From an uncultured Desulfatitalea sp. (GTDB lineage Bacteria; Desulfobacterota; Desulfobacteria; Desulfobacterales; Desulfosarcinaceae), in the NCBI GenBank assembly GCA_963668675.2, contig CAXXMB010000002.1:640001-704000 (forward strand): a DNA stretch of 64,000 bases, written 5' to 3'. Of this stretch, positions 21,684 to 33,430 are shown piece after piece. Under the pieces are notes generated by a model. It was not told the DNA's origin, searched no databases, and worked only from the letters and a program-made list of their open reading frames with translations. Position 1 is the stretch's first letter; each line of letters begins with the position of its first letter. Made by a program: the position numbers and the translations under genes.

Positions 21684-21967
21684 CCCGGTCCTATCTTGCT
21701 GATCCGTTTGGCATTGATGGACCTGTCGCACGAATTCCCAATATCGATCCTCGTATGATGTCTGTCCGGCCCCCTCCCCCCGGGGTGGGGTGTCCGGGCA
21801 GGCACCTTCCCGTCCTTATTGTTCTCCCCATAACTCCTATTAAATACTAAAGGCCGTTGGCAAAGTGCCGATCATATAATCTCTATGGATATGCTCTGGT
21901 TCCTAATATTTGACAGCTCACCATTTCAACCCGTTGAGCTGATTTTGAACATGACCGGAAAACGACA

Positions 21968-24607
21968 ATGATGAAGACGCACCCGATCTCGCTTGCATTT
22001 ATCGGTCCCCACCAGAGTCTTGAACCGCACTTCAGGGAACACTATTTCGAGAGTTCATTGCGGCAGGTGCGCATATCCCTCTTCGCGGCCGTCATCTTTC
22101 TGGCCGCCTACGGCGTCATCGACTATCTGGTCGTTCCGGACAAAAGGCACCTCTTCTGGGCGATTCGCTTCGGCATCGCTTGTCCCACCGGCCTGGCCCT
22201 TCTGGGGTTCACCTTTACCAGATATGCCCGGCACTATCTGCAACCCATGCTAGGTGCCGGAACATTCATCGTGGGCATGGCTTTCATTGCCATGATCATC
22301 CTGGCACCCATTGGAAAGCAGTATGTCTATCTGTTCGGTTTGATTCAAACCCAATTCTTTATCTATACGTTTCTGCGTCTGCGTTTTATCTGGGCATCCC
22401 TCCCCTTCGGCCTGCTCATCCTTTTCCATGCAGTTGGTACAGCCATGTCGATCAACTTTCCACAGGATCGCTATATCTCCGATGTAGCGTTTCTCGCCGG
22501 CATCAACATCATGGGAATGCTGGCCTGCTATGCCATCGAATACTATACTCGCAAAAACTTCTTTCTGGCCCGTCAGCTTGAATCCAAAAAACGACGCCTG
22601 GATATGGTCAACCAATTACTGGAAAAGCGGGTTGAGAAACGCACATCGGAGCTGATCTACAGCAATCAACTTCTCGAGGCCGAAATCAAGGAGCGTCAGT
22701 TCGTTGAGAAAGCCTTGCAGGAGAGCAGCATCCGATACCAAAGCATGGTCGACAACATGACCGACTATATGGTGGTCCACAACCTCGATGGTGTCGTTGT
22801 GGAAGCCAATTATCGCGTCATCGCCGAGTTGGACTACAATCCCTCTGAAATCATGGGCAAAAATATCAAGGAACTCATCGTACCGGAACAGCGACCCGAC
22901 TTTGACGACTACTATCTGAACAGACTCGCCGTAGGGAAAAAGGTGGCCGGACAGGTCACCTTCATCGCCAAAGATGGCGATAAAAGGCAGATGTCCTTCA
23001 GCAGCATCAAGGCACTGCAGGCCGACGGCTGCGAAATGGTCTACTGCCTGGCCCGGGATATTACCGAACGCCAACGCACCGAGAAAGCGTTGGCTGAAAG
23101 CCAGGCCCGCTTTAAAGACATATTCGAAACCGCAGCCGCCGGCATGGTCATCGTGCATGCCGAAAGTCGCAAAATCGTTGAAGCGAACCCGGCAGCCGCC
23201 CAGATGATCGGCCTCCGCTTAGAGGAGATAAAAGATACACCCATCGACCAATTGATCAGGGATCCGCGATCGAACTGGCTTCTCCTGGACGAACACCACG
23301 CCGTCAACCCACTGGAGTGCAGCGTCGTTACGAAAGAGGGGACAGCTATCACTGTATTGAAAACCATGCGTCCCATGGAGTTCAATGGTGAAGCCCACTG
23401 GATCATAAGCTTTGTCAGCATGCAGAAGGTGAAAGAGGCCGAATGGGCCAAACGCAATGCCGAGCGACAGATGCATCAGGCCCAGCACCTGCAGGCCATT
23501 GGTACTCTAGCTGGTGGCATTGCTCATGATTTCAATAACATATTATATGGAATCATCGGCTATAGCGAATTGTCCCTCGACGAAGCCCCCGAAGGCTCTC
23601 TCCTGCGTGACAACCTGAACGAAATCCTGCAGGGCAGCCAAAGGGCCAAGGAGTTGGTGGCCCAGATCCTGGCCTTCAGCCGCCAGGGGGATACAGAGAA
23701 AAAACCGATCCAACCGCCTCCCCTGATCAAGGAGGCACTGAAGTTGATCCGGGCATCGCTACCAGCGACCATAGAGATCCAGTCCGACATCGGCCCTCCT
23801 GCTGAGACGATCATTGCCAACCCCACCCAGATTCACCAGGTGGTCATGAACCTGTGCACCAATGCCGCCCACGCCATGCCGCCCGAAGGCGGTATGATAA
23901 AGGTATCACTGGTGAGCGAAACCATCTCCGTTGAACAGGCCGGGCCCCATGGCACCATCGCACCGGGCGAGTATGTAAAGCTGGTGGTTAGCGACAACGG
24001 CGCCGGAATACCTGAGCGTGTTCGCAACCGTATCTTTGAGCCCTTCTTCACCACCAAACCGCAAGGGGAAGGCACCGGTATGGGATTGGCGGTGGTACTG
24101 GGGGTGATTCAAGCCCATGCGGGCGGCATCCGGGTTCACAGCGAGCCGGGAGAGGGATCGCGATTTGAGATTCTTCTACCCGTCGCCCCCGGGGAGGAGC
24201 AGGTCGAGGAGGCGGGCGAAGCCCCACCGCCGGGAGGATCCGAGCGAATTCTCTTTGTGGACGATGAAAGCGCCATCATCCACATGGGCAAACGTATGCT
24301 CTCGAAACTGGGATATGATGTGACGACCTGTCTTGGTCCCTCCGAGGCACTGGAGATTTTTCAGAAGGCGCCGGAAGCGTTCGATCTGATCATCACGGAT
24401 CTGACAATGCCCACCATGAAGGGAAGCGACCTTGCGCGCCTTCTCCTTCAGATGCGACCCGATTTGCCGGTCATACTCTGTACCGGCTATGGAGATCAAA
24501 TTACGACCGAGCAGATCCATAAAATAGGCATCCGCGAGATGCTGGTCAAACCGATTCTCAGATACAATCTTGCCATCTCGATACGTCAGGCCTTGGGTAT
24601 GAATTGA
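21968..24607 (+). CDS. Membrane-bound PAS hybrid histidine kinase (about 6 TM-PAS-PAS-HisKA-HATPase-REC)
   Basis: [42 protein letters not shown]. Confidence 0.92.
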   Translation: MMKTHPISLAFIGPHQSLEPHFREHYFESSLRQVRISLFAAVIFLAAYGVIDYLVVPDKRHLFWAIRFGIACPTGLALLGFTFTRYARHYLQPMLGAGTFIVGMAFIAMIILAPIGKQYVYLFGLIQTQFFIYTFLRLRFIWASLPFGLLILFHAVGTAMSINFPQDRYISDVAFLAGINIMGMLACYAIEYYTRKNFFLARQLESKKRRLDMVNQLLEKRVEKRTSELIYSNQLLEAEIKERQFVEKALQESSIRYQSMVDNMTDYMVVHNLDGVVVEANYRVIAELDYNPSEIMGKNIKELIVPEQRPDFDDYYLNRLAVGKKVAGQVTFIAKDGDKRQMSFSSIKALQADGCEMVYCLARDITERQRTEKALAESQARFKDIFETAAAGMVIVHAESRKIVEANPAAAQMIGLRLEEIKDTPIDQLIRDPRSNWLLLDEHHAVNPLECSVVTKEGTAITVLKTMRPMEFNGEAHWIISFVSMQKVKEAEWAKRNAERQMHQAQHLQAIGTLAGGIAHDFNNILYGIIGYSELSLDEAPEGSLLRDNLNEILQGSQRAKELVAQILAFSRQGDTEKKPIQPPPLIKEALKLIRASLPATIEIQSDIGPPAETIIANPTQIHQVVMNLCTNAAHAMPPEGGMIKVSLVSETISVEQAGPHGTIAPGEYVKLVVSDNGAGIPERVRNRIFEPFFTTKPQGEGTGMGLAVVLGVIQAHAGGIRVHSEPGEGSRFEILLPVAPGEEQVEEAGEAPPPGGSERILFVDDESAIIHMGKRMLSKLGYDVTTCLGPSEALEIFQKAPEAFDLIITDLTMPTMKGSDLARLLLQMRPDLPVILCTGYGDQITTEQIHKIGIREMLVKPILRYNLAISIRQALGMN

Positions 24608-24634
24608 TCGTTTCCGAAGGCTCGCACTATCGCG

Positions 24635-24934
24635 TTAAGCGGATTCGGGAGGATCGGTACGGTTTGGCGTCGGAGCGCATGAAGAGGAGAGGTGATCGTC
24701 CTTTAGAAAATCGTAGAGGCGTCCGCTGTAGCGGCACTGGATCATGTCTCTGATCTTACGCATCAGATACTCTCGCGTCGCCCCCTCCCCATCGATACGC
24801 AACCGAAAAGCCAGGAGCCGTTGCAGGGCCACATCCTTCTGATCTCTGTCCGGCACCATGCGCATCACGTTCTCCAACATCATGTAGAGTGGCCCGCTTA
24901 GCGACTCGATGGAGATGACTTTTTCGTCAGACAT
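24635..24934 (-). CDS. Hypothetical protein (99 aa)
   Basis: Protein-like ORF in the gap between genes; no family recognised; start uncertain. Confidence 0.55.
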   Translation of the reverse strand: MSDEKVISIESLSGPLYMMLENVMRMVPDRDQKDVALQRLLAFRLRIDGEGATREYLMRKIRDMIQCRYSGRLYDFLKDDHLSSSCAPTPNRTDPPESA

Positions 24935-25185
24935 GAGATACTTCCCAATGAGAGTATAGGATCCAATGTGCCGTATGCTTGCAAACACAGGGCGCATCAC
25001 TCAGAGCCAACGCTTAAGACGCGCCGCATTCATCGATTAAAGCTAATAATAATGAAATCCCTCTGTTTTGCAAGCTTTTCGAATCAATATCAGGGCAAGC
25101 TCAATGACAGGACGAAGGCAAACAGGCGGGAGGGATCAAGAGCGCTGTCTAATTACGTAGGGTTGCCAGGGAGTGCCAGCCGGCA

Positions 25186-26550
25186 TCACACCTTGAAACT
25201 ATTGACCCGCTCGATACGGCTGACCACATCGACAATTCGAATACCGTATTTTTCCTTCTCCACGACCACCTCTCCCTTGGCGATCAATGTGTCGTTGATA
25301 AGCAGATCCACCGGTTCCCCCTCCAATTGAACCAGATCCACCACCGCCCCCTGGGACAGCTTGAGCACATCATAGATGCGCTTGCTGGTGCGCCCCAGTT
25401 CGACCGTCAGCTCCAGTGGAATCTCCATAATCAAGTCAAGATTGCGCCACTCCTCCTCTTCCTTCTCTTCCGGTGCTGCCGGGGCATCGGCCGCCTTTGC
25501 CGCGGCTTGAGGGAGATCGGCCCCAACCGGCGCCTTCAGCTCATCCTTTTTGATGCCCGCATCCACGATGATCGTATTGCCGGCACAGGAAAAGAGAAAT
25601 CGCTGGGTCTTGATAATGTTCAGTGACTCGACGCGGAAATCCAGACCATTGGTAATGGCCGGCGTGGACAACACACAGGAGAGGCCCACATCCACAAAGG
25701 CGGACTTGAGGTTGCCCCCGATGATGTTGCTCAACTCGCGCATCACATCGAAGATCTCCTCTTCGCTTTCCACCTCACTCTCATCTATGCCGAGCATGGC
25801 CGCCGTCATGGTGCGGGCGAAATCGTCATTGACCTGGATATTGAACAACCCCTGCACATCTCCGGCAAAGCTGACCGTACCTACGGTACGTTTGTCTTCC
25901 CTGAAATCTTCGGGCACCTCGGGGATATTGTCGGTCTCCATGGAGAGCATGGTGTAAAAAACGTCGATGACGGCATTGATCACCGTGGTGGGGATATCCA
26001 CCGAGTTGATCTTGGCGAGAATCTCGGCGCTCTCCAGCTGGGCGATACCGGCAATTTCAGCCTTGGCACCGATATCCTCTTTAAGGGATATCTCGACGAT
26101 GATTTCATGCTTCTTGTACCTGAAGATCCATCTGTTGAGATCCCCCATCTTGCTCGGATCAATTCTAAAATCCGACCCCCGGGTGATGGAGGGTGTCGAA
26201 ATGACGCAAGCCAGGTCGTTGTCTTGAAAGTCACTCTTCAAATTGCCGCTGATGATGTTGGCCAGCTCACCAAGAACGTCCTTGATCTCCTCCACGCTGT
26301 CGAGATCACCCTCTTCGACCCCCAGCATGGTGGTTGTGATCAGGGTGGCAAACGCCTGACTTACATGCAGGCTCATGGTGCCGACCACCTCGCCGGCAAA
26401 ATGGACAGCCCCCACCAGGCGGCTTTCGTTGAGACCCTGATCGGCGCTCTTGCCCACCTTGTTCAGATCCATTTCGAGCATGGTCTCGAATGTCTCGATA
26501 ATGCAATTTGTTAGCGTCTTTTCAACAGCGGTGATGCGGATCTTTTCCAT
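25186..26550 (-). CDS. CheX-CheX-FliN(SpoA) fusion protein
   Basis: Two repeats with ELxNIIxGN and STPxIT; C-terminal LTVELGRT...GEPVDLLIN...GEVVV. Confidence 0.85.
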   Translation of the reverse strand: MEKIRITAVEKTLTNCIIETFETMLEMDLNKVGKSADQGLNESRLVGAVHFAGEVVGTMSLHVSQAFATLITTTMLGVEEGDLDSVEEIKDVLGELANIISGNLKSDFQDNDLACVISTPSITRGSDFRIDPSKMGDLNRWIFRYKKHEIIVEISLKEDIGAKAEIAGIAQLESAEILAKINSVDIPTTVINAVIDVFYTMLSMETDNIPEVPEDFREDKRTVGTVSFAGDVQGLFNIQVNDDFARTMTAAMLGIDESEVESEEEIFDVMRELSNIIGGNLKSAFVDVGLSCVLSTPAITNGLDFRVESLNIIKTQRFLFSCAGNTIIVDAGIKKDELKAPVGADLPQAAAKAADAPAAPEEKEEEEWRNLDLIMEIPLELTVELGRTSKRIYDVLKLSQGAVVDLVQLEGEPVDLLINDTLIAKGEVVVEKEKYGIRIVDVVSRIERVNSFKV

Positions 26551-27464
26551 GGTCTTTTATCCAGCGTTTCGCAAAGGGAGCGTCTCCAACGGAGCGCTAC
26601 GGTCAGTTATTTGACAGACCTATCGATCTTTTGTCGGTGTCCAATACCCAAAGTGGTCCTTACTCGTCAATAACACTATAAAATTAAGCAGTTAAAATAT
26701 TGTGCCCAATCACTGCTCCAGACGAATAGTGGCATTGCAAGTTGTTGGCCAAAATGGCAACCGATCGCCCTTGCCAATAGTTGTGAGATCCATTTTTTTC
26801 TTTTCGACAGCCGACCAATGGCTTGGAACCAAATGGTGGATTGAGAAAGCGCCCCTTGTGTATTTAATTTGCGACATGTTTATATTTTGATACATACATG
26901 CCCATTACGGAATTTTAAATATAATAACAATCGGTTGCATAATTTCATATCTGTATATCCATTGTGATGAAGATCCGGCAAACACCAAGTTGTATCCAAA
27001 AAGCTACACTTTTCCCGTCTACAGAGACGAAACCACTGCCCATTAAAATGGTGCTACCATATAAAAACATATTAACTCTTTGTATTTATGTAGTTTTAAT
27101 CTCTTGCCCCCACAGTTTATGAGCATATGCCCAATATGGTTTGTTTTTTGCAGGCTGCTGTGCAACAATAAAAAATACGCAACACAATTGGTTGCACCAA
27201 TTACCGACAGATCAATAGCAGCGCTCAAAAATGACGCGCCAACGATCTTCATTTCACTTCATGACCGGTCGTTTCAAAACAACTCTGGGCGGAGACGGAA
27301 ATGGGTCATATCGGGTTTCCCGGCACCATCAAACGATTCGGTCCATGTTGGTCCTATCCAACTACCGTCGACGTCTATCACCCGACCTTTGATCTCAAGA
27401 ACCGATCATCTATGCATATGACTGACACGATTTTGTTTCTCTCTAAAACGAAGGAGGAGAAAGC

Positions 27465-28538
27465 ATGAAAAGAAGAGATTTTTTAAAACGGCTGGCAGCA
27501 ACCGGAACAGGCATTGCGCTTTCAGGGACCGTAGGCACCGTGAGCAGAGCGCATGCCCGTAAAAAAGACAAGCAAGATTTCGGTGAGGTCAAGAGTGTAA
27601 AGGTGCATTGCATTTCCGAAACCAGTTGGTTTGACAATGCGACATTGGGCAAGGACATCAAGACGGCGGGTGGCATCAATACCAACCAATATGATATCGC
27701 CTACACCGAAGAGAACCTGGGCGGATACACGGCATTGGTAGAGGTCGAGGCCCTGGACGGGACCCGGAAAAAATACCTTCTGGATACCGGTTGGAGCAAT
27801 GAGTGGGTCGATTATGTCTTTGCCAAAGATGGCATCGATAAAATGCTTCAAAACAAGGAGATCGACACCCTCTTCATCTCGCACGACCACATTGACCATT
27901 TCTTCGGCATCGAAAGCACGTTGAAGCATCAACCGGACATCAAAATCTATTTCCCCGGCACTTCCATGGAAAAGAGCTTCGAGCTGCTCAAAGGCGCCGA
28001 TTTTTCAGCCACGCCCGGATGCCCCAAAAATGCGGTCCCTCACACCGGAGAACTCATTGTCACCCAAACTGACAAGCTCTACAAGATTCAGGATGGCATG
28101 GCACTCAAATTCTTCGATTGCCCGGCAACGCTGAAGGTGCGTGGTGAAAATGTCCTCTATTTCAAAATCAAAGACAAAGGTTACGTCACCGTAACGGGTT
28201 GCTGCCATCCCGGCATCCTAACCCTGCTCACCCATGCCCGCCGAAACTTCAAGGATGGCCAGAAAAACCATGGCTGCTACGGCGGCCTGCACATCTCTGT
28301 TTTTGAGAACTGGGATCCAAAATTCGATGACATTATCAAGGGTGTGAAGCACTTTGGCATGAAGAAAATCGGCTGTAATCACTGTACCGGTTGGATATGG
28401 GCGGAAAAGGCGGAGCAGGCGGGCCTTCCCATCGTCCATGGCACAGACAAGAATTTGTCATATAAGAAAGTCGGTTCACTCGCCAGAGCCAAAACGTCAA
28501 ACGTATATCTGGGAAACGGTGATGAGATGATCTTTTAG
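27465..28538 (+). CDS. Tat-exported metallo-beta-lactamase-fold protein (COG1237-like)
   Basis: MKRRDFLK signal with AHA site; LLDTG, SHDHIDH, TGCCHPG, GGLH, CNHCTG; AAGGAGG RBS. Confidence 0.85.
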   Translation: MKRRDFLKRLAATGTGIALSGTVGTVSRAHARKKDKQDFGEVKSVKVHCISETSWFDNATLGKDIKTAGGINTNQYDIAYTEENLGGYTALVEVEALDGTRKKYLLDTGWSNEWVDYVFAKDGIDKMLQNKEIDTLFISHDHIDHFFGIESTLKHQPDIKIYFPGTSMEKSFELLKGADFSATPGCPKNAVPHTGELIVTQTDKLYKIQDGMALKFFDCPATLKVRGENVLYFKIKDKGYVTVTGCCHPGILTLLTHARRNFKDGQKNHGCYGGLHISVFENWDPKFDDIIKGVKHFGMKKIGCNHCTGWIWAEKAEQAGLPIVHGTDKNLSYKKVGSLARAKTSNVYLGNGDEMIF

Positions 28539-28623
28539 TCCTCCTGGCGGCCTGCGGCAGGCCTCACATTTCGTTTATTTACAATGAATCATCGATGCTG
28601 AAAAACGCAGGGAGCTCAGGTAT

Positions 28624-29868
28624 ATGGATAACATGGGAACGCATCTGAATTGGCTGGAGGAGCGTGAGATAGAACCCCGGTGGCCGATCGCGGTATCCGG
28701 ATTGGTAAACCTGGCGGTCTTGGTTGCCGCCACAGGCATCATTTGGTGGGTTTTCTTCTCCATTGAGGGAGCATTTAAACTCTACACCCCGTTGCTTGGT
28801 TTCTGCCTGGTCATCTGGACCTTGCTGATCATCTTGTGGCAGACGCAGTTCTTCGATTTTTGGCCGCTGAGTCGCGGGTTTCTGAAAAACGCCCATCCGT
28901 TATCGAAAGGCGGCCTATTAACGCTGATCACGATAGCGGTCTACCTGGTGCTGCTGTTCGGCATTGTCTTCTTCATCATTGGCAAATTGGGCATCACCTA
29001 TTTCAACTGGAACAGTCTTCAACAGTACGGAGAGCTCGGACAAGATGTGGTTTCCACGCGTGAAACCGTCTCCTGGGCCATGCTGTGCCTCTCCATTCCC
29101 TTTTTCCTGGTCAGCGTATGGTTCATGCTGGGCGTCGAAAAAGACCTCTTCCACGAGCTCGGTCAGCCAAAATTCGGGTTGGCCAACTGGCTGTTTGTGG
29201 CGGTAATTGCAATACCTCTCTATGTCATCTTTTTTCATCCTCACTTGGGTTCCATGTTCTATCCGAAACAGATCTACACGGCCGTCCCGCCCTGGTGGGA
29301 AAACATCGCCCATACCAACAGTGCCGAATACACCGTAGGCATCCTTTTCTGTTCGGTCATCGGCATCTTTCTCACCTTGAACCTGTGGGACGGCTGGCCG
29401 CTGAACCTCGTCAAAAAACAGCCTTGGCGGTTTGTCTCTTTTATGCTGGGCAGTTTGGTGCTCGGGTATATCATTTTCCGTATACAACTCAGCATCTTTG
29501 ATTATCTCTGGGATGAGGCTTACGTTGGTGGACAAAACGAAGCCAACTTTGGATGGCGATACAGCCATACGATAACCATGGCCAACTTTGTACTTGTGAT
29601 CGCCATTATCCAGGATCTATTCTTCGGCCCCGCTTACGAAAAATGGCATGCCGTTGTGCGCGGCATTGTCAAAACGGTGGTGGCCATAGTGGTCGGCCTC
29701 ATCTTTGCATGGGCCTATTACAATTGGGGCCCCGCGCTCTTGGGAGTGGCCGAGGGGGTGTCTCACCCATCGGAAAATGCCTCGGCTTTTCTGATTCTGA
29801 TCATCAACATTCTCATGATTCAAGATTTCTTTATGGACCGGTGGCCGGGCTACCGGTTGAAACGATAG
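28624..29868 (+). CDS. Polytopic membrane protein, possible transporter
   Basis: About 10-11 hydrophobic segments; recurring WP motifs (DFWPL, DGWPL, DRWPG). Confidence 0.75.
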   Translation: MDNMGTHLNWLEEREIEPRWPIAVSGLVNLAVLVAATGIIWWVFFSIEGAFKLYTPLLGFCLVIWTLLIILWQTQFFDFWPLSRGFLKNAHPLSKGGLLTLITIAVYLVLLFGIVFFIIGKLGITYFNWNSLQQYGELGQDVVSTRETVSWAMLCLSIPFFLVSVWFMLGVEKDLFHELGQPKFGLANWLFVAVIAIPLYVIFFHPHLGSMFYPKQIYTAVPPWWENIAHTNSAEYTVGILFCSVIGIFLTLNLWDGWPLNLVKKQPWRFVSFMLGSLVLGYIIFRIQLSIFDYLWDEAYVGGQNEANFGWRYSHTITMANFVLVIAIIQDLFFGPAYEKWHAVVRGIVKTVVAIVVGLIFAWAYYNWGPALLGVAEGVSHPSENASAFLILIINILMIQDFFMDRWPGYRLKR

Positions 29869-29880
29869 GACAGGTGGGTC

Positions 29881-30885
29881 ATGTCCACTGCGTGCCCGAT
29901 GGAGCATATCGATCCGGTTGGGATTGTCGAAAGTTGCCTTCACCATATGTTCATTGGCGTATTTAACGATGAAGGGGCAAGGCGGCACTTTGGCTTCTCA
30001 AGGATCAGCCCGTTTCACTGCAATGGCGGCATGCCGGGTTGGTATTTGTGGTTTGAAGACAAAGCGGGTGCCTACGGAATAGTGGTCACCGATGCTTTCT
30101 GCCACCAGGATGCGCCATCAAAGGACGGGCCCGATGCCATGGTGGCGGCAAGGATCACCGTCACCTACTTTCCAGATCCTGAAGAGGCGCTTTTCGAAGC
30201 GTTTTCCTGGTTCGAAAAAATCGCTCGCGTGAGCCACCTGTTTGACACCAGCGGCACCCCGACGGCAGAAGCAAGAAGGCAACTGCAAGACGGTTTTTTT
30301 ACGGCAGGTCATATCGACATCCTCATGACTCCAGATGGCCGTCTATTCGAGCTTGTCTGCACCGCAGCGGAGATTTGGGTTGATATCCGACCGGCCGGCC
30401 TTGCTTTATCCGACGATAAGGGCCGGCCGTTTCAAGCGGTCCAACCCGGCGGTAGGGACCGGGCGGTGCCTGGCTGGACCCTGTCCCAATTTTTGCTCGA
30501 CAAGATTGTCTCCGGCTTTTTATACTGCCAAAAGCGCAGCATAGAACAGCTCACCGAATATCAGTTTAAGATGCCGGAATTCATAATAGGAAACGACAAC
30601 CGCATTGAGAAAAGATTCGACCTTGGACTCAAGGGGTACGGCATTCAACTGACCACCGCCCCGCCTTCCGAACTTGAATCCGTCGAGGGCAGCCGGTCGG
30701 AAATAGCGGGCTGGCAGGAGCTGCTCGCAGGCACGGTCTATCCGCCAACACAGCAATGGGAAACCGTCTGGAGCGGCCGTCAACCACAAGCATCCAATTG
30801 GGGATACTCTGACTGGTCGACCATAAAAAACCTCCATTTCCACAGCCACCAAAACCATCTCTGCACATGCTACACGGACCATTGA
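29881..30885 (+). CDS. Hypothetical protein with Cys/His-rich termini
   Basis: 334-aa ORF 12 nt after the membrane protein; CPMEH..C.HH start and HFHSHQNHLCTC end. Confidence 0.7.
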   Translation: MSTACPMEHIDPVGIVESCLHHMFIGVFNDEGARRHFGFSRISPFHCNGGMPGWYLWFEDKAGAYGIVVTDAFCHQDAPSKDGPDAMVAARITVTYFPDPEEALFEAFSWFEKIARVSHLFDTSGTPTAEARRQLQDGFFTAGHIDILMTPDGRLFELVCTAAEIWVDIRPAGLALSDDKGRPFQAVQPGGRDRAVPGWTLSQFLLDKIVSGFLYCQKRSIEQLTEYQFKMPEFIIGNDNRIEKRFDLGLKGYGIQLTTAPPSELESVEGSRSEIAGWQELLAGTVYPPTQQWETVWSGRQPQASNWGYSDWSTIKNLHFHSHQNHLCTCYTDH

Positions 30886-30945
30886 TGAAGTCCACGGTGC
30901 TTCCCCTATAGGGCAAAAGAGATGATGATCAGAGAGAGAACCATT

Positions 30946-31209
30946 ATGGACTTGCGGAGACGGCACTTTTTCACCAAATCACTTCTGCACAAAGCACTTT
31001 CATGTATCTCCGAAACGACCCAAGCGTTTGAGAGGGGGCAATCGGAAGCCGAATACTTCAACTCTTTCGAAAGCGCCTACCCATTGATTTCCGAATGCTA
31101 CGATTTCCTTGAAGAGGAGGCGGAAAAGCTGGGCATCGACACCAACAACAAAAGCAAACTCGAATTGGCCCGGGAGATACACACCGCCCTTGAGGATGTC
31201 GCACCGTAA
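30946..31209 (+). CDS. Small hypothetical protein (87 aa)
   Basis: Co-oriented ORF followed by a terminator; start could be 30922. Confidence 0.6.
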   Translation: MDLRRRHFFTKSLLHKALSCISETTQAFERGQSEAEYFNSFESAYPLISECYDFLEEEAEKLGIDTNNKSKLELAREIHTALEDVAP

Positions 31210-31233
31210 AGGAGATTAGAAGCGGGTGCGAAA

Positions 31234-31261
31234 AAACGCCCCGGCCAAGGCCGGGGCGTTT
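31234..31261. terminator. Bidirectional terminator
   Basis: aaacgccccggcc/ggccggggcgttt between convergent genes. Confidence 0.75.
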
Positions 31262-31287
31262 GATATTTCTAACGATGGTAAAATGAC

Positions 31288-33051
31288 TTAGAACAGGCCG
31301 CTCACCTTTCCGGTGGCCGGATCGACGTCGATGCGGCGGAAGGCCGGGTTGGAACCGGTGCCCGGCATCAGGCTTATGGTGCCTGCGCAGGGGCAGAGGA
31401 ACTTGGCGCCCGAATAGATGAGCACGTCGCGGATCGGCAGACGCCATCCCTTGGGAACGCCCTTCTTTACCGGGTCGTGGCTCAGGCTCAGGTGAGTCTT
31501 GACCATCATGGTGGCGAAGTCGGCGTACTTGGGATCGTCTTCGAGCATCTGTGCTTTGGAAGCCGCTTCCGGTGCCCAGTCCACGCCGTCGGCACCGTAC
31601 ACCTCTTTGGCAATGGTCTCCACGCGGTCGCGCAGCTTCATCTCCAGAGGATAGAGGAAATCAAAGTCGTTGCCCTCTTCGCAGGCTTCGACAACGGCAT
31701 CGGCGAACTCAAGCGCACCTTCGCCGCCCTTTTCCCAATGCTTGGACTCTGCGCAGCGTGCGCCGGCGGCCTCGGCTGCCTTGCGAACTATCGCACATTC
31801 GGCATCCGTATCGGTGTAGAAACGGTTGATACACACCACCGGGTTGATGCCGGCTTTGCGGATCACGCCGATCATGTGGACCATGTTCTCCACGCCCTGC
31901 TCGACCAGCTGCAGGTTCTCTTTGGTGTATGCGTCATCGAGGGCCTTGCCGGCAACGACCTTCGGTCCGCCACCGTGCATCTTCAGGGCGCGGATGGTGG
32001 AGGTCAGAACGGAAACATGGGGCTTCAGGCCGGAGAAGCGGCACTTGACGTTCCAGAATTTCTCGAAACCGATATCTGCGGCAAAGCCGGACTCGGTTAC
32101 ATGGTAGTCGAAGCACTTGAGGCCGACGCGGTCGGCAATAATTGAGCTCTGCCCCACGGCGATGTTGGCGAACGGTCCGGCATGCACGAAGCAGGGTTGA
32201 TACTCGGCGGTGCACATCAGGGTCGGGTTGATGGTGTTGCGCATGAAGGCGGCCATGGCGTTGCCCACTTCCAGGTCGCCGCAGGTGACCGGTTTGCCGC
32301 TCTTGTCGAAGGCCACGGTGATGTTGTTGATGCGCTCTTTCAGGTCGGCCAGATCGGTGGCCACGGCCAGGATGGCCATCAGCTCGGAGCCCACGGCGAT
32401 GCCGAACTTGGACTGCATGGTGTAGCCGTCGAAGCGGCCGCCGAGGCCGATGACGATGTTGCGCAGGGCCTGGGCGCAGAAGTCGATGATCCAGCCCATC
32501 TCCACGCGGGTGGGGTCGATGTCCAGGCGGCGCATACCGGTCAGGCGCTTGAGCTGCTCGTCGTTGTAGTTACGCTCATGCTGCATACGGGCGGTCATGG
32601 CGACCATACCCAGGTTGTGGGCGTTCATGATGTCGTTGATGTCGCCGGTCAGTCCCAGGGAGAACTCGGTCATCGGAATCAGCAGGGAGTTGCCGCCGCC
32701 AGCTGCGGTGCCTTTGACGTTCATGGTGGGGCCGCCCGAAGGCTGACGCAGGGCGCCGCCAACGTTCTTGCCGCGCATGCCCAACCCCTCCATCAGTCCT
32801 ACGGAGGTGGTGCTTTTGCCTTCACCCAACGGTGTCGGGGTGATAGCGGTCACTTCGATGTACTTCCCGTCCGGTTTGTCTTTCAGACGATTGATCACTT
32901 TGAGGAAATCAATCTTGGCAAGACGGCCCATGGGGAGCATCTCGTCGGGTTGCAGCCCCATTTTCTCGCGCCACTCATCGGGCGTGGGCATGTTCTTCTC
33001 TGCCGCTTCGGAAATCTGCCAGTCGGCCATTTTTGTCGCATCGTAAGGCAT
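31288..33051 (-). CDS. fhs: Formate-tetrahydrofolate ligase
   Basis: [45 protein letters not shown] before MPYDATK. Confidence 0.95.
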   Translation of the reverse strand: MPYDATKMADWQISEAAEKNMPTPDEWREKMGLQPDEMLPMGRLAKIDFLKVINRLKDKPDGKYIEVTAITPTPLGEGKSTTSVGLMEGLGMRGKNVGGALRQPSGGPTMNVKGTAAGGGNSLLIPMTEFSLGLTGDINDIMNAHNLGMVAMTARMQHERNYNDEQLKRLTGMRRLDIDPTRVEMGWIIDFCAQALRNIVIGLGGRFDGYTMQSKFGIAVGSELMAILAVATDLADLKERINNITVAFDKSGKPVTCGDLEVGNAMAAFMRNTINPTLMCTAEYQPCFVHAGPFANIAVGQSSIIADRVGLKCFDYHVTESGFAADIGFEKFWNVKCRFSGLKPHVSVLTSTIRALKMHGGGPKVVAGKALDDAYTKENLQLVEQGVENMVHMIGVIRKAGINPVVCINRFYTDTDAECAIVRKAAEAAGARCAESKHWEKGGEGALEFADAVVEACEEGNDFDFLYPLEMKLRDRVETIAKEVYGADGVDWAPEAASKAQMLEDDPKYADFATMMVKTHLSLSHDPVKKGVPKGWRLPIRDVLIYSGAKFLCPCAGTISLMPGTGSNPAFRRIDVDPATGKVSGLF

Positions 33052-33253
33052 CGATCCAACCTCCTTTATAGAATTAGTTATTAGAATGACGGGCGCATCG
33101 GCTCTCGTGCGCCGGGTTATTGTGTGGTTGCGAACCGCAAAGGAACCTTTGGAGTTGTATATCAGGGAACGAAGGCGATTTAGATTGCCAAACAGTGCGC
33201 TCTTAACACGCGTCCGGGAATTTGGCAAGCGCAAACGAGGACGAAGGGATAGG

Positions 33254-33430
33254 GAGTTTGTCGGGTTTATTGAGTTATAGAGTTTATCGAGTTTGTCGAG
33301 TTTGTTAGTTTGTCGAGTTTGTTGGGTTTGTTAGTTTGTCGAGTTTGTTGGGTTTGTTGAGTTGATTGAGTTATAGCGTTATCGGATTTGTCGGGTTGGC
33401 TGAGCCTGACAAAGAAAACCCAACAAACCC
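33254..33430. repeat. Degenerate 9-bp-unit array (GAGTTTGTY, about 17 units) plus the start of the inverted arm
   Basis: gagtttgtc gggtttatt gagttata... to about 33403, then aaccc aacaaaccc. Confidence 0.9.

Noticed and set aside
26970..27040. c-di-GMP-I riboswitch (GGCAAAC seed)
   Set aside because: No GNRA-capped P2 or following GCAAAGC/P3 pattern
33254..33430. CRISPR array
   Set aside because: Contiguous degenerate 9-mers with no unique spacers and no cas genes
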